Assembly (NCBI GenBank): GCA_028534125.1
Contig: CM052852.1
Coordinates: forward strand, 94,302,001-94,366,000
Direction: 5' to 3'
Source of the DNA: Lama glama
Lineage: Eukaryota
Length of the DNA stretch: 64,000 nucleotides
Each line of letters starts with the position of its first letter. Position 1 is the stretch's first letter. Shown here piece after piece: positions 10,781-24,691 of this stretch. The notes beneath the pieces are model-generated. The model was given only the letters and a program-made list of their open reading frames with translations, was not told the DNA's origin and did no database searches. The position numbers and the translations under genes are program-made.

Positions 10781-13239
10781 GACTAGATGGTCCCTAAGGG
10801 GACTTTCAGTTCTCTTGCTAAGGAACCAGTGTAACCTTATGAGAGGTGCATTTTCTGAACCCCCTAGAAGGCCATCAGCTACAGAAGATGCTCCTTCTCT
10901 GGTCTGCATGCCCATGGTGGGGCACATGGCCTAGTATGGACCAGGCTGTGGGCCCACTGGGTGGCACTGGGCCAGAGGGTCCCCTTGATGGGTCTTGGAG
11001 ATTTATCCCTATGGAATACAGTCTGGATCTTCAAACTATATGTCACTGCCACAGCCCTCAGACTGGGAATTTCCAGGATTCCCAGCGGGGTGGTCATGGA
11101 ATCAGACTTTTAAGTTAAAACCTTGAGAAAATTAAATGCAGCTTTTCCCGAGAAAAGAGCCCAGCACCTTTACCTCAGGGAAACAGAATGAAAGCTTTGA
11201 AAACTATCACAGCGTCTCTGTCGTCTCCTGCCTGACGAGCAGCGAGTGATTCAGTGCTGCAGAGACTACAAAGCGCTGGGCAGGGAAATCTCGGACTCCC
11301 CGAGTAATTCTGAAGCAGCCGTGTCTCACGCCTCTCAGCCTGCTTTGTGAAGAGGAAATGCCCTTTAAGGAATCAACAGGAGTTAAGATTCTCTTCTAGA
11401 AGAGGGCCCACAGTGAGATGCTGCCTGATGGGAAGGCACAGGTCTTCGGGTATTGCCCAGACTCTCCGGGATGCCCAGCCCGGCTCAGATGTGCTATTCA
11501 TTTGGAGTCAAAAAGAGCACTTACTTAGAATGCTATCCGCTCTGAATACTTACGAAGACCATGGTAATTTAAGCTGGTCCCCTGAAAACCCCAAAATAGT
11601 TGAGACAAAAGCTATGGTTCCCAGTTTTTGTTGAGAGCCTAAAGCCCGGGAGGAAGAGCCTGCTCCCCTCCCCCGCACAATGGAGATGGCAGCACTGGCT
11701 CCACCTCCCGGCCCCTGCCGAGTCCGCCTCCCGCCGTGGATCACGGAGCGCCAAGGCTTAGGCTGCCAGACGGAAGCTGCGAGAGCGCAGGGCAGCTCCT
11801 GGCGCGCAGAACGCCTAGCAACGTAAGCTACTGAGCAATAGAAATGAATGCCAGACAAAGGCTGTGGCCACGTTCAGGGCTGTTGTAGCTATTTCCCCAG
11901 GGTGACAAGGGGAAATAGATGCTTTAGGCACTTCCAGCTGTGAAGTAGCAAGGTTTCAGGAGAGCAGAGGTCACAGTTACAAGTCATATGGGGCCGGTCA
12001 CATAACAGTGTCCTAGGCTGTCGCAATGCCAAGAGCCCCGTGAGGCCACCAGGATGAGCTGGAGGCCCAGAGAAATAGGGACAGAGAAGACCTTGAGCAC
12101 GGCTCTTCCTTCCTCCTCCAAGGCCTCCCCAGTCTTCTTTTTGTTCTTTCCATCTCATCTGCTCCAACTTTCACTATTCAAGCTTTTATAGGATCATCTC
12201 TTCAGAACAAGGACTTTGTTTTGTTGACGTAGTTTTCTGGACTGTTTTACTTCTTAATACTCAAGAAAGTAAAATAAAAACAGAGTTTTCATACAAAGAC
12301 AGACTTTGGGAACCACTAGATCCAGAACAAACATGTGAAATCACTAAGGAGAGCTACTTTGTTCTGTTTTCATCTAACTGAAAAGTGAACAAACAGTTGT
12401 CGCTGTGGTTGAAGGTCACACAGACATTCAGACGAGCATGATTTTTTCACATTTTGGGATATCCAGTGTGTGATGAGTTCGTGGAATTATAACCTCATGA
12501 AAAGAGATTACCATTTTTCTGCTGAGAGACCACCTTAACTGCGTGGGTGTGAATGGCGCTGCTATGATAATTAAACCCAAAATCTACCATAATCCGACAC
12601 TTTCCCTGGAGGAATGTTCAGCATTAACTATGGATGGAAACGCAAACAAGTGCACGTAGATTCGATAATAAAACTTAATAGTAGGTCAAGGGAGGAGTGA
12701 AATGAACTGGATGCTTAGCACCTCCAGAGATAGCAAATGCTAGTTCGCCTTCCTAGTTACTTCCTCGGCTTGCGTTTGCTGGGACTTGAACGTACACATC
12801 AAATTGTCCTTTATTAACAACCAAATCCATATCACGCTTGTTGCACGGTGTGGGGATGTTTAATGTCAATCACTATGTAGATTGGCTGCCTATTTCTAGA
12901 ACTTTACAGTGGAGGGCCTTTCATTTCTACATTAAGATCACATACAGTTGATTGGAGAGTAAAACGAGGGCTGAGTTCCAGTCTGTGGGCTCTGGTTGTG
13001 GATGTGCAAATTCTGCCTAATGTAGAGCAGCCTGAAGACCGTGAGCCCATTTCTGGATCCAGCTTTGAGATCCCATGAGACGCTTCCCAAGTCATCACAG
13101 CTTACCTCTGTGTTGCTTGGCAAACTAAAATGGGAACAAAGTCTAAGGCTTTGCTTGTGATTGCTTGCAAATAGTATGAATGCTACACATTACTTCTAAC
13201 TGGGGAGGGGGTCTATTTCCAAACTAATCAGTGATACTC

Positions 13240-13450
13240 TGCATTATTTTGTGTTTTCATAAAGCATTCCACATGCATTAGTCCACATTATGTGCACCAC
13301 CACCACCACCGCCGTCCTGTGGAAGAGTTTAATTATTATCCCATTTAACAGATAAGGGACATAGACGAGGCTCAGAGACAGGAAGTGACTTACCCAAAAT
13401 ACCAGAGTTTATGATTATCCTGTAGTTAAATTCAAATATCTTGATTCCAT
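13240..13450 (-). mobile_element. MIR SINE
   Basis: attattatcccatttaacagataagg...gaggctcagagacaggaagtgacttaccca. Confidence 0.8.
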
Positions 13451-13584
13451 GTCAATATGTTTTGTTTTGTTTTGTTTTGTGGGGTTTTTGTTGTTGCTGT
13501 TGATTTTATTTCACACACTAACTATCCTTTGTAAGTTATACTCTGTACAAAAGCACTGCATAGTCTCAGGTTCTGGCTGGAATT

Positions 13585-13775
13585 GTTCTGGGTTCCATGT
13601 GTGCCTCTACGATTTCCTAGCTGTGTGACCCTGAGCAAGTTCCTTAAGCCTCAGTGTTGCCATCTGGAAAATGGGGCTAATTATCATTATGAGAACCTCC
13701 TTCATAAGGTCTAAATTACAAGTTACATGCTGCTGGTCAAATACTTAGCACCTTTCCTGACACATAAATGGATCC
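13585..13775 (+). mobile_element. MIR SINE
   Basis: ctagctgtgtgaccctgagcaagttccttaagcctcagtgttgccatctggaaaatgggg. Confidence 0.85.
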
Positions 13776-14414
13776 TCTACAGGGTAAAAATCGTTTTATC
13801 ATTTATTTTGCTGAACACTTAGGTGTAAATTAACATATAGGCATTATACTATGGGTGTATTCTACAAACACAGTATAATACTGAGTACTTGTATATACAC
13901 AGAGAAAGGGAGAGAGAGAGAGAGAGAGAATGAAGCCCAGCATTAGTAGTTTTTAAATATCTGAGTTCTATAGCTTATGAGAAGGATAGTCTTCATTTAC
14001 CACAATGTGTTATGAAGAATTATTTGTTCAGGATCATAAGCCTGCAATCGCAAAAGAAATACCAAAATACCTTTTGTCTCTTTCTCTAAGATCTTCCAAA
14101 CATTCATCAGTCTCTTGAAGGATGGCCATAAATCCTGCAAATTTAGTTTATCTGAAACCAACTCTAACAATTGTCCTTCCCACCAATCATCCTTTGTATC
14201 CGTCTTCGGTTTTCAGACCTCAGTGAACACGCCCTGGTCTTGTGTGGCTGAGCATGAAAGTGGGGTGGCTGGGCTTTCTTTGGAGAGTTTCTGGAACCCA
14301 CTCGACCTGAATCTCTTTCTAACATTGGACATAACCTTGAAATAACATGTTCCTCTCTTTATCAAATTTGAAGCTGCCTTTGGCCTTCTGGCTTCTCTGC
14401 TGGAAAAAGCACGC

Positions 14415-14540
14415 AGGTGGGAACCAGGAGCTGGGAGTTTTTGGACCAGCTCCAGCACTGACTAGCTGTGTGACCTCGAGCAAAGCAGTTAGCTTCTCTG
14501 AACCTTTCTTTGCTTGTCAGCCAAATGAGGGTGGCAGACT
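14415..14540 (+). mobile_element. MIR/MIR3 SINE
   Basis: ccagctccagcactgactagctgtgtgacctcgagcaaagcagttagcttctctgaacct. Confidence 0.75.
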
Positions 14541-15740
14541 GTGTCATTTCTGGGAAGACACTGTGCAGAACACACATAGGCACGAGGGGCTGGTGGAGGA
14601 GACACTCAACGGACAGCTGGCTGGGATCAGCGGAGCTGGGGGTGGGGAGAGGCAAAGGGTTTTCTACCTGAGATGCAGATTCTTTCTCGAAAGCTTTGAT
14701 GAAAGAGGTCGAATCTGGCTGAGCTGTGGAGGAAAAACAGGACTTCCAGTTGAAGAAAGGGCTTCCAGCCTGGGAGCTGAGCCTGACACTGAGTCTGGAA
14801 GTAAGAAAGAGTGAAGCATGCTCAGAAAATAGCCATAAGTCCTGACAGGCTGAGACTGGCTCCACTTGAAGCCGGAGGATGAGGTCTCACATTGTGTTTA
14901 ATAAATAAAAATCTTAACACCAACTGGTCTTTGAAAGTTTTGTAACTGGAATTTAAAGCTAATAAGTCACTCTTCTTGCTGTAGCTCAAATTTGGAGATC
15001 GGGAGCTGCTGGCACTGGAATTAATATCCCTATAGGAACAAAAGGCTCTGTGTGCTCGATAAACAATTTTGAAAGTGCTAGTTCATCACCCAAATTCCGA
15101 CCACTCATATTTTTCAGGTACCTTGTCTTAGGAGAGAAAGATTTCTTATCCACATCATGGGCTTACATCTCTTGGATCAAATTTTACGGGAAGGGACCGG
15201 TCATATATCAAAAGGTTAATGACTAGCCATTTCTCGCCCAGCTATTTTGTGGCCACCGAGCTGCCACAGCACAGAGGGCACTGAAAGGCAGTGGAAGTTC
15301 CTGGGGCCCTTTGCCTCTGTCATCCAGAGAGACCCAGCGGGCCTCCACAATAGCCTCTGCACCTCGGGGCTGTCATCATGGCCCTATTCTTTCATGGGAG
15401 ACCCAGAACATCTTTTCCTGGAGAGATCCAGTGCCGCGTCCCACCTCCACAGTGATTGATCAGCACATTTATTACACTTGCAGTAGTAAAAATATATAGA
15501 CTCCAGTCATCTCTGGAGATGCTGAAATAGTCCTTTTTTCCCCTTGATTTAGAGGAAGGCAGAGAGGGAAGATGTGTGTAGAGTATGACAGAAATATAAG
15601 AACTCAAATATCTAATTAGCTGAAAGAATCTCGGTTCCCTCTGCACCTTTGACAGAATTGCAGCTGTCAGATTGTAGTTCCGATATTTTATCCTCGTTGC
15701 AAAATGTATCTGAGGGTGATTCAGAAAAGACGCTTTCTAA

Positions 15741-15896
<156 letters not shown>

Positions 15897-17654
15897 TAGG
15901 GCTTGGTTTGGGACCCAAGGGGAGGGAGCTGAAGGCACCGCTTCATCTCCAGGCTTTGGAGGGGAAGAAGCAAAGACAGACATAGTGTTCTGGAACAGGT
16001 CGAATCAGCTCACACTTTCAGTGAGGTGATGCTGAGCCCTTGAAAACTGCTTTCACCTCCTCCCTTCATTCTCTCCTTTCCATATGCACATACTGGTCAT
16101 CAAATGCAATAGAGATCGTCTTTCCCTCTCTTGGACTAAGTATGGTCTCGGATGCAGTGTAACTTTCCTGTAATGAGTACAGCGGGCACCACTTTGGAAC
16201 ACAGCTGAGAATCAGTGTCAGCACCCTACAGCTTACGTGAAAGTTCAGGCAAAGGGCATTTGGCCAAAACTGGCTGCAGCCCTGTCTTCTCCCATTGCAA
16301 GTATTTATAGTACTTACCACCAAATTAGATGGCAAGAAGGGGCATTGTCAACATTTCCAATGAGCCTGGACCTCTTGATTTGACAAGGCCGAGTATCCTG
16401 TATGAGTCATAACAATGGCAGTGGAGTGGGTGGTACCAGTGATGCTCGCGTGGCCTCTGGGACACAGAACCATCTCACATGTGGGGTCCTCCTGGGTGTG
16501 CTGAGAACCTCAGACAAGGAACACAGAAGGATTGCCTTTTTTAAAGGCAATATCTGATCATATTCTTTCTACAGTGAAGTCTGCTAAGTAACAAAACTGA
16601 AACCAGAGTATTTTAAGGAGTGCTCATGCACTAATATTTCAAGATAGTTAACAAATACAAGAGTCCATGTTCACGAAATATTTTGTAAGGCACCAGCAAA
16701 GAAAAGCTTATGGAAACCTCTTCAAGGCTCACCTACTCCGTTCTCATCTGTAATTGTTTACCACGCTAGAACTCCTCGCCTTCAGTATGATTTTAAAATT
16801 GAACTCATCTTCAATGTTATGTGGCCCAAACTTTCCCTTTCCTCTGCGTTCCCCACTTCATTCCGCCTGCATGTTTGATACTATGTCCAAACCGCAAGGA
16901 CAAGCACGGCCGTGCCCCAGGGCTTGGCTGCGCGTTCACTGAGAGCAAGCCGTCCGTCTCCCGCGCGGGCCGTGGGCTTCAGGGCAGGTGGGCAATGCGC
17001 GCTTCAGTTCCGGGGTCTGCCATTCCTGCTTGCTGCATTTACTACACCAGTGAGAAGAGCGCTATACTGGGAAATAACCTCCCCGCCCCCCAACCCAGAT
17101 GACTGGTTTTGACAGAAGCAACATTACTTTTAAATGAAAATGCTTAAAGCCGTCATCAGCAGTAAGTGAAGGCAGATTTCGCACGCTGACTCCCTCTCTG
17201 TGTGATTACACAAGTGCAGTCTGCTTTTTTGGCTTCTCAAGAAAAGTGTTATTTTCTGTATTTAACTGAAGTGGCATCAGGTCAGTCGGCCTGAGTCGTC
17301 TCTGTTTTTAGGATGTGCGTGGTCACTGTGTCAGTGCTGAGACCCTCTGGTAATCCGGGTTGGGGAGCTGGGAGCTTTCCGTGGCCTGCTGCTCTTAGCC
17401 TGGTCACTCCTTCCCGAACAAAGCTCCTCGCCCCCCCAGCCGGCTCCAGGAAGCAAGAAGTGGGCGCAAAGATGTAACATTTGCAGATGAACTCTCCTTG
17501 TGGAGTTTGAGGGCTGGCTACAAAGCTGAAAGGTAAAGGCCAGGAGAGAATGTTTATGCAGTAGCAGAAGCGACGGTGAGAACAAGTTTCAGTGAGTTCT
17601 GGCTTTATGAGGCCCAATATTCTTGTTCAAAGATGTGTGATTGAAATCATTTTC

Positions 17655-18150
17655 CTTTTTTTGTTGTTGTTGTGCTAAAATTCACATAACATAAAATTCA
17701 CCATTTTAAAGCGTACGGTTCAGTGGCATTTACTACCTTCACAAGGTTCTGTCTCCATCACCAGTTCCAGAATATTTTCATCACCCCAAAAGGAAACCCC
17801 ACACACATTCAGCAGTCACTCCCCCCAGCCCTTGACAACCACTACGCTACTTTCTGTCTCTATGGACTTGCCCATTTCCTCTGAATGAAATCATACAATA
17901 TGTGATCTATTGTGTCCAACTTCTTTCACTTAGCGTCACGGTTTCTAGGTCCATCCATGCTGCAGCTGTATTAATATTCCATTCCTTTTCCAAGCCTAAA
18001 TAATATTCTGTCATCTGGATAGACTACCTTTTGTTCACCCATTCATCAACCGACGGACGTTTGGGTCCAGCTTTTGGCTATTGCAAATGGTGATGCTGTG
18101 AGCGTTTGTGTATCAGTTTTTGCTGAACACCTGGTTTCAGTTCTTTTGAA
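17655..18150 (-). mobile_element. L1MB-like 3' end
   Basis: aaattcacataacataaaattcaccattttaaag...ttccagaatattttcatcaccccaaaaggaaacccc...ctactttctgtctctatggacttgcc. Confidence 0.9.
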
Positions 18151-19394
18151 TTGAATCTCTTAGTTCTTTTCAATCCTTTCTTCTCCCTAGAGATGGAATA
18201 TTGTCATGTGGTAACTTAGAGTGTCTAACTTATGGAGGAACCACCAATATCATTTTCTTTTCAGATGAGATAACACAGTGCCATGTAGGTAACATGGTAC
18301 TGTTCTCTCATCTCTCCAATGGGACCATCGGAGCTCCAGCCACATCAGGAGGAGTTCTGAGAGCTCTCATTGATGGGGCCACTCTTGCCCTGTGTCAGCT
18401 GTTAAGTTTGGTGCTCTGTCTCACTCGAACCTCAGAGCAAATCTTAGAGGTAGATTTGGGTCTCCAGCCCGAGCTGCAGAATTGCACAATCCTTCTATTT
18501 GTGGCAGGATGATTGGGAGAAAAGCATCCTAACAAATGCATTGGTGCATTAAATGATGCATCCAAGGAGCCAGACCACACTATGGGTTTGAGCCGGTGTT
18601 ATACTTAGAAATTTTCTTGGAACCCAGTAGCCACGTTCACGCATACATGGTTCAATTAAAATAAAAAAGCCATTAACTTTCTGGAGACATCTTCAGATCA
18701 TCTCATTCGTAATCATTACACGTGGACTTACCTCAGGAGACCCAGAGTGGCCAGGTTTAATGAGTACACAGCAATCTTTCCCCAAAAGCTCTTAAGACCT
18801 TATGCTATGGTTTGCAACATAAAGAATCCCAGGAGAATGCATTGCAAATGCATGTATGAAATTGAAACACAGGATCGAGATGTGTCACTTTCTAATTTGA
18901 CCTTTCAGTCCCAAGCCTCTCATCATGAGAATGCCCTCCCTTCTCCCTGCCCCGTCACTGGCACCCTCCCCAACATGGCCGTGCTGAGCAGGTCCTGGGC
19001 GCAGACACCAACAGAACAATTAGGACGTGTTTAGATGCTCAGTATTGTTCCTGCAAATGGGAAAATGCAGCAAATGAAGCGGGAGGCCTGAATGCGAGAA
19101 TCGTAATATACAAATTAAAGATGCCAAATGGTCAGCCATGGAGACTCGGGGATACACAAAATATTTCTAACAGGATATTTTACCTTCACGTGATGCTTTA
19201 AGTCGGAGATGCGCAGTCACATATGCACATGGTTTCCGTGAAAAAGCAATGGTGATTGTACCCTGAAAATATTTGTTAAAAGTGTGCATGTTCTCTCCAC
19301 ATTCCTCATCGCCTTTTACTCTCTCGGTTGGGACTATTCGGGAAGCAGGTATGTCCAGGCTGTCTTCTAAGGCGGTGTGGCAGTGCTAGCTCAG

Positions 19395-19610
19395 TGGGCG
19401 AGGATGAGTGAGAACATAGATGTGTAGTCAAATGGGTTTGAATCCTGGCTCTGTCACTTGCTGGATGACCTGGGGCTAAAGACCGTATCCATAAAATGGT
19501 GATAACAGAGGTAACAATAGCACCTACTTCCCTGGGTCATAGTGAGGATTCAATGATTAAGTGAATGAATACAGGCAAAGTCATTTGCCTCTGTGGTGGT
19601 ACTCACCACT
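19395..19610 (+). mobile_element. MIR SINE
   Basis: gggtttgaatcctggctctgtcacttgct...taaaatggtgataac...gtgaggattcaatga. Confidence 0.8.
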
Positions 19611-19854
19611 TTACATGGCCGTCATCCCCATCGTCATGGCTACTGCTAGTGATCGTCTAAAATGTCTCATATTCAAGATGCGAGATACATCACATTCCCT
19701 TTTCTTGTAAGGTATGTGGTGTTAAAGAGAGCTGCTGAATTAACTACCTGGAAAACAGCCAGTATGTGACAAATTTAAATGAAAAGATTCTTTTCTGGTC
19801 CTAAGATGCATTAGCTGTGTGCACCTAGCCACAAGGAATTGTAACTGTGGTCCT

Positions 19855-20050
19855 TTAGAGCATGGTTTTTGGACTACAGAAGCCTGGGCATCAATCCCAG
19901 CCCCATCATGTACTAGCTGCCTGACACTTGGCAAGTCACCGAACGTCTCAAAGTCTCAGAGCTCTCACCTGATGCCTAGGAATATGGTGAGGACGAGAGG
20001 AAGACTGTGTATAAGAAAATGCTTTGGAAACCACAAACACTACACACATA
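19855..20050 (+). mobile_element. MIR SINE
   Basis: cctgggcatcaatcccagcccc...tactagctgcctgacacttggcaagtcac. Confidence 0.7.
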
Positions 20051-22275
20051 GGCGGTGGTTCTTCCTTGTGGCCCTTTTAAACGTTAACTGGAAGGCCCCT
20101 CTTTTGGATCCTTTGGTAAATAGATCTTGCCCTTCATCTTGGCCTTGGTGTCCAGAGAGATCTGCTAGGAACTGCACTGAATGTCCTAACAACACCCTGA
20201 ATGCATCCATTGGAATGGATGACCTTTCCCCTCCTCTGAGCCCCGACAAGTTTTAAACTAGACATCCCAGGAAGAAAGGCCGGGTTGCCAATGACATGGC
20301 ACCAAGTCCTCCAGGAAAATTATGTGTCTCTAAACAAGAGTTTTTCTTCGAAGGACTGACATGGGTGGAAAGTTGATCACAGTTTTTGATCACAGTTCTC
20401 ACTTCTTTTTCTGAGTGCTCGCTGTGCCCTGGAGAAAGGCTATACGGTCTGCTCTGACGTTCTACTCACCTTGGTTTTCTCCCAGGAGCTTCCCCAGAAT
20501 GGGAAATAAATAATTACTTGAAGTTGACGTCAGACATGGGCATGCTCCAGAACAGCGTTTGAATTGGATCCAGTGTTTTGAACTCAGGGTCCGCCTAAAC
20601 ACACGGGTTGCACTACGTCCTGTTTTGTTTTTGAAGTCAGCTCTCAGGAACGTGGTTGGCATGCAGGGGCTCCATGATGTCCGTTAGCCAGCTGACTGCA
20701 TTTTTCCTTCTCAGAAACTGCCACTCTTGGCATCGTAAATATAAAACCCAAGCCTGGCCTTCCCCAGACAACGCTTATTGAATTGCCATTTTCCAGCCAG
20801 TCATGCAGGGCAGGCGGTGGTGCTGTGACGAGTCCACCGGGGTTTGGCTAGAGAGCGACATAATCCGATAGGACAGGCTTCCCACGTGCACGCAGGTGCG
20901 GGGTTCTCTGCCCACCCTCAACCCTGGTACCACTGAACCTTCAGTTCTCCTTTTGGTCAATTTTTCTTCTTATGCTTCTCAGGAGTACAAGAACCCCTGA
21001 AAATGAAGGGTTAAACCTGGAATCAATTTTCATTTCCAGCTGAGAAGCAGTTATTGATGCTGTGTTTGCAGTTCAATAAAAGATCTAAAGATATAGACCT
21101 GATGCTTCTTTTCAATAGAAGCAGCCTAATCAGTCTCAAATGTTTTGTTTTGTTTTTAACAAAGAAATTGTATTGACAGGTTTATTAAAATTGTTGTCTT
21201 TCAAGTTTTAAGCTAGCCACAATTCGACCTATTCCAAAGGCTTCTAGAGTGTGTCGTGGCCCAGTTCCAGAGCTTTCTCCAGCACATAGCCATAGGACCA
21301 GGTAAACATCTGCTTGATGTTTCCATGAATGTTGTCCGATGCTTGTTACACAACTCAAAGCATGTAATGTCTGTTATCATCCTTTGGTGACAGGATGGTC
21401 CATGATGCCTGGGTTCTGCCGGTGGGTTAGATCTGGGCATGGCTCTCAGATGCCCTAACCATCTCAGACTGGCATCAGAAGCAGCAGACTCTAGAACGAT
21501 AAAGGCCATGAAAGAAATAGATATTGTTAGAAACAACCTTTAGGGAATTTTAATATTAATGCCATCTTATTACAAATGTGAATGAAACTGAGACTTTAGG
21601 TGACCTCATTTAGCTCAGTTAGAAATTCAGAAAATGGGCACTATGGCTAGAGATGTTCCATTTGTGACCAGGCTCAGCTAAAGGACTCTAGATAAAGCTT
21701 GGAGTGTTGTGTTGGTGCTTGAAAAACAGAGCTGAACAATTTCACTTTGCTTTGAGCACAAAGTCATTCTAATGAGTTGTGTCTGGACACATTAGCATAA
21801 GTAGCTCCGATGTACCCGGTTTTATTTAACCCAATCTTCTTTCTCTTTCTGCCTAAGGATTGCCCTTAGAAGTGCGGTACTTAATTCACAGCATGTTACT
21901 GGGGATGTGTGGACTTTTCAGCTAGATGCCCGTAGCAGAGCTGCACCTCCACCACTTTAACATTTACAGAAAAATACTGTCTTCCGAGCCCTTCACCTCC
22001 ACTTTGTAATGTTACTTTTTGTCTGAAGATCACCAATTACCTCACACAAAACAAGCTTGTGTCTAATCCAGGTTCGGGAGGCCAGATTCATACTTGGTCC
22101 GTTTTTGTTTGTTTGTTTGTTTCTGTTGTTCTTGTTGGGCCAGCTCACTGGCTAGGTTGTTACAATTGCAAATGAAATGAATTACATGGTAGCAGAAAAT
22201 CAGGATATTCTGACAGCTCTGGGATGTGTGCCTTCTACCTGTGATGCATATTGAACTCTCTAAACCTAGTGGCTA

Positions 22276-22434
22276 GATAAGCCACCGGCCTATGTTGTAC
22301 AGCACGGGGAAATAGAGCCATTATGCTGCAGTAGCTTTAAACGGAATGTACTCTATAAAAATATTGAATCACTATGCTGTAACATAAAACTAATATTCTA
22401 TATCAACTATACTTCAATTAAAAAAAGGGAAAAG
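22276..22434 (+). mobile_element. 5'-truncated L1 (3' UTR only) with a perfect 14-bp TSD
   Basis: tgtacagcacggggaaatag...tgaatcactatgctgta...tcaactatacttcaattaaaaaa. TSD AAACCTAGTGGCTA at 22262-22275 and 22435-22448. Confidence 0.9.
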
Positions 22435-24467
22435 AAACCTAGTGGCTAAGTTAAATTCAAGCCCACTTTTATGTTTAAAGTTTGCTAATTAAAAAGGGGC
22501 AATACATTTTACTGCTACTGTCAGCTGGCTCTTGTGAAGTTGACCTGCTATCGTGAATTCATTCGTTGTGACAACAGATACTCTTCTCTGCTGGAATGGT
22601 TCCGATTTTTTAGCCACAGTTCTCCCTCATCATGCTGAACAAGTTGTTACCTCCCCAAGGTTCCTCCACATTTCCGTTTACTTTGTTATCAGCAGAAAGG
22701 CTGGGGAAGGCCTCTTCAGTAATGACATCAGTGTGGCTCACACAGCAAGAGAGGTCAGCCTGTCAGAGCTGTAGAAACAGCAGATGGATTAGGATGAAAC
22801 CAGGTGCAAAATAACTTTGATAGAGTCTTTTAATGTAAACAGTTTATCTGTCACTGCCTTTCATTGAAATCCCCCACAAAATGATCGAGTTTGGGCTGTT
22901 AAGGCTGCAGAATGTAGTGGAATAAAACCCATAGGTTGTCATACTCTTTAACTATCCAGCAATTAGAGAATGAGAAGACATTTTAATTTATTCATTAAAG
23001 ACAAGAAAGTAAATAACATAACATATAAGGTTAATAGAATAACATTGGCCTTCATATTCCCAAGATCCCAATGGTTTCCCATTTGGCTGTATTAGCACAG
23101 AGACTAGATTAATAAGAAACTGCTTAGGGCTTGTATGATGTGATTTTTAATATGCTCCAGGCAAGTCTCTGACTGTTTAGAAAACTGCATGCTGAATTTT
23201 TTCATTGTAATTAGGTCTTCTACTTTTAGTACCAAATATTTTGACTTGTAATCGCCATAGATTGCTTTTTTATTGTAATCTCACTGAGATGCTTTGAGCA
23301 CACAGAGATGTAGAGGAGCCCAGCGTTTTTACAGTTATGTTCGTCACAGCTGATGACCGGACATGGACTGACGTCCACTAGAACTTACGAATTGTCATCA
23401 AGGAGCACTTCAATTGCAAACCCAATGGCTGGTTTACTTAGCTTAACCCTTCTCTCACAGCGACCTTAAATCAGACATTGGTGAGGCTGTGCTGCTTGCC
23501 CCAAGGTCCACCTGGAAACAAAAATGTGCACAGTCTGTTATTTCGGAAAAAAATAACTCTCCCATGGGTCAGGGATGACCACAACCTTTTAGCCACAAAG
23601 AGCACATGGCACAGATGTGGCTCTGTAAAGAGGGTGGCAGGGGGAGTAGCAGCCACCTCTGGGAAGCTGAGGATCATTAAGTCAATTTGAATCAAAGTGC
23701 TGGAAGGAAAAGGCATCACCACATTACCCTTATCACTGCCTCTCTCACCCCTACTCTTTGTTTGGTCCAAGCATGCATTTTTCCATAGGCCCCTTCATCG
23801 CCCCAATTTCGGTCCCAAATCCACGGCCGAAGTCTGGAAATTCTGTCTTAGTCATCAGCTAACAACGCCCAGGCAGGGCGCCACGTGTACGTAAGTTTCT
23901 TGAGTTTAATCAGTGTTCTAGCGTATATGAGAGCCATACGAACGTCTCCAGGAATAGAACTCTTCTCCAAACTGAAAATGGAAGAGTTTGAAATTTAGAT
24001 GCTGGCTTGGAAAAATGTACCAGGGCTTTGGTTTAGGACCTGGAAATGCTAAACTCTATCCCCCAAATATCTGCCGTCTGCTGGAAGATCTGCCAGGCAG
24101 GCTGCAGACACCCAAGGACCTTGTCCTGAAGGGAAGCAGAATCTGTCTTGTTCTGGAACAGCCATATATATATATATTTTTCCTATTTATTTAGCAAGAG
24201 CAAAGAGCCTAAGCATTGTAAGCACCCAGAACTGGTATCCAAATTTGAGGTTAGCTACCAATCCAAGATTAGCCATTCAAAATTCAAGTGGATGGGCAGA
24301 TAAAAGCCACAAACCTTTCCAAAATGTATGGCACAGCATAGCCCGTATTTCACCGAGTAGCTCATAGGAGTCTTTGGAACATTAGTTAGAAACATTTATA
24401 AACTTGCTAATAGATCTTATTTCTTGTTAATGGAGGTGGACTCGGGTTCCATATTTATCCCTGAGTC

Positions 24468-24509
24468 ATATATATGTATATATGTGTGTGTGTATATATA
24501 CATATATAT
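24468..24509. repeat. (TA)/(TG) mixed microsatellite
   Basis: atatatatgtatatatgtgtgtgtgtatatatacatatatat. Confidence 0.85.
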
Positions 24510-24642
24510 GATTAAATACTTGTGTGTGTATTAAGACATAGAATATCAGACCTTAAACTGACCATGGAGAGTCCTTACTCCAGCTGCCTAATTTTGCCAA
24601 CAAGGACACTGAGGCACGGAGAAGTCAGTTGGTATTTGGTAT

Positions 24643-24660
24643 TGTGAGGTAATAGAAAAT

Positions 24661-24691
<31 letters not shown>

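Noticed and set aside
21820-21882. Cryptic 19-nt exon after a good pyrimidine tract
   Set aside because: The acceptor is AAG, the donor GCG|gtactt is weak, and nothing else supports it.
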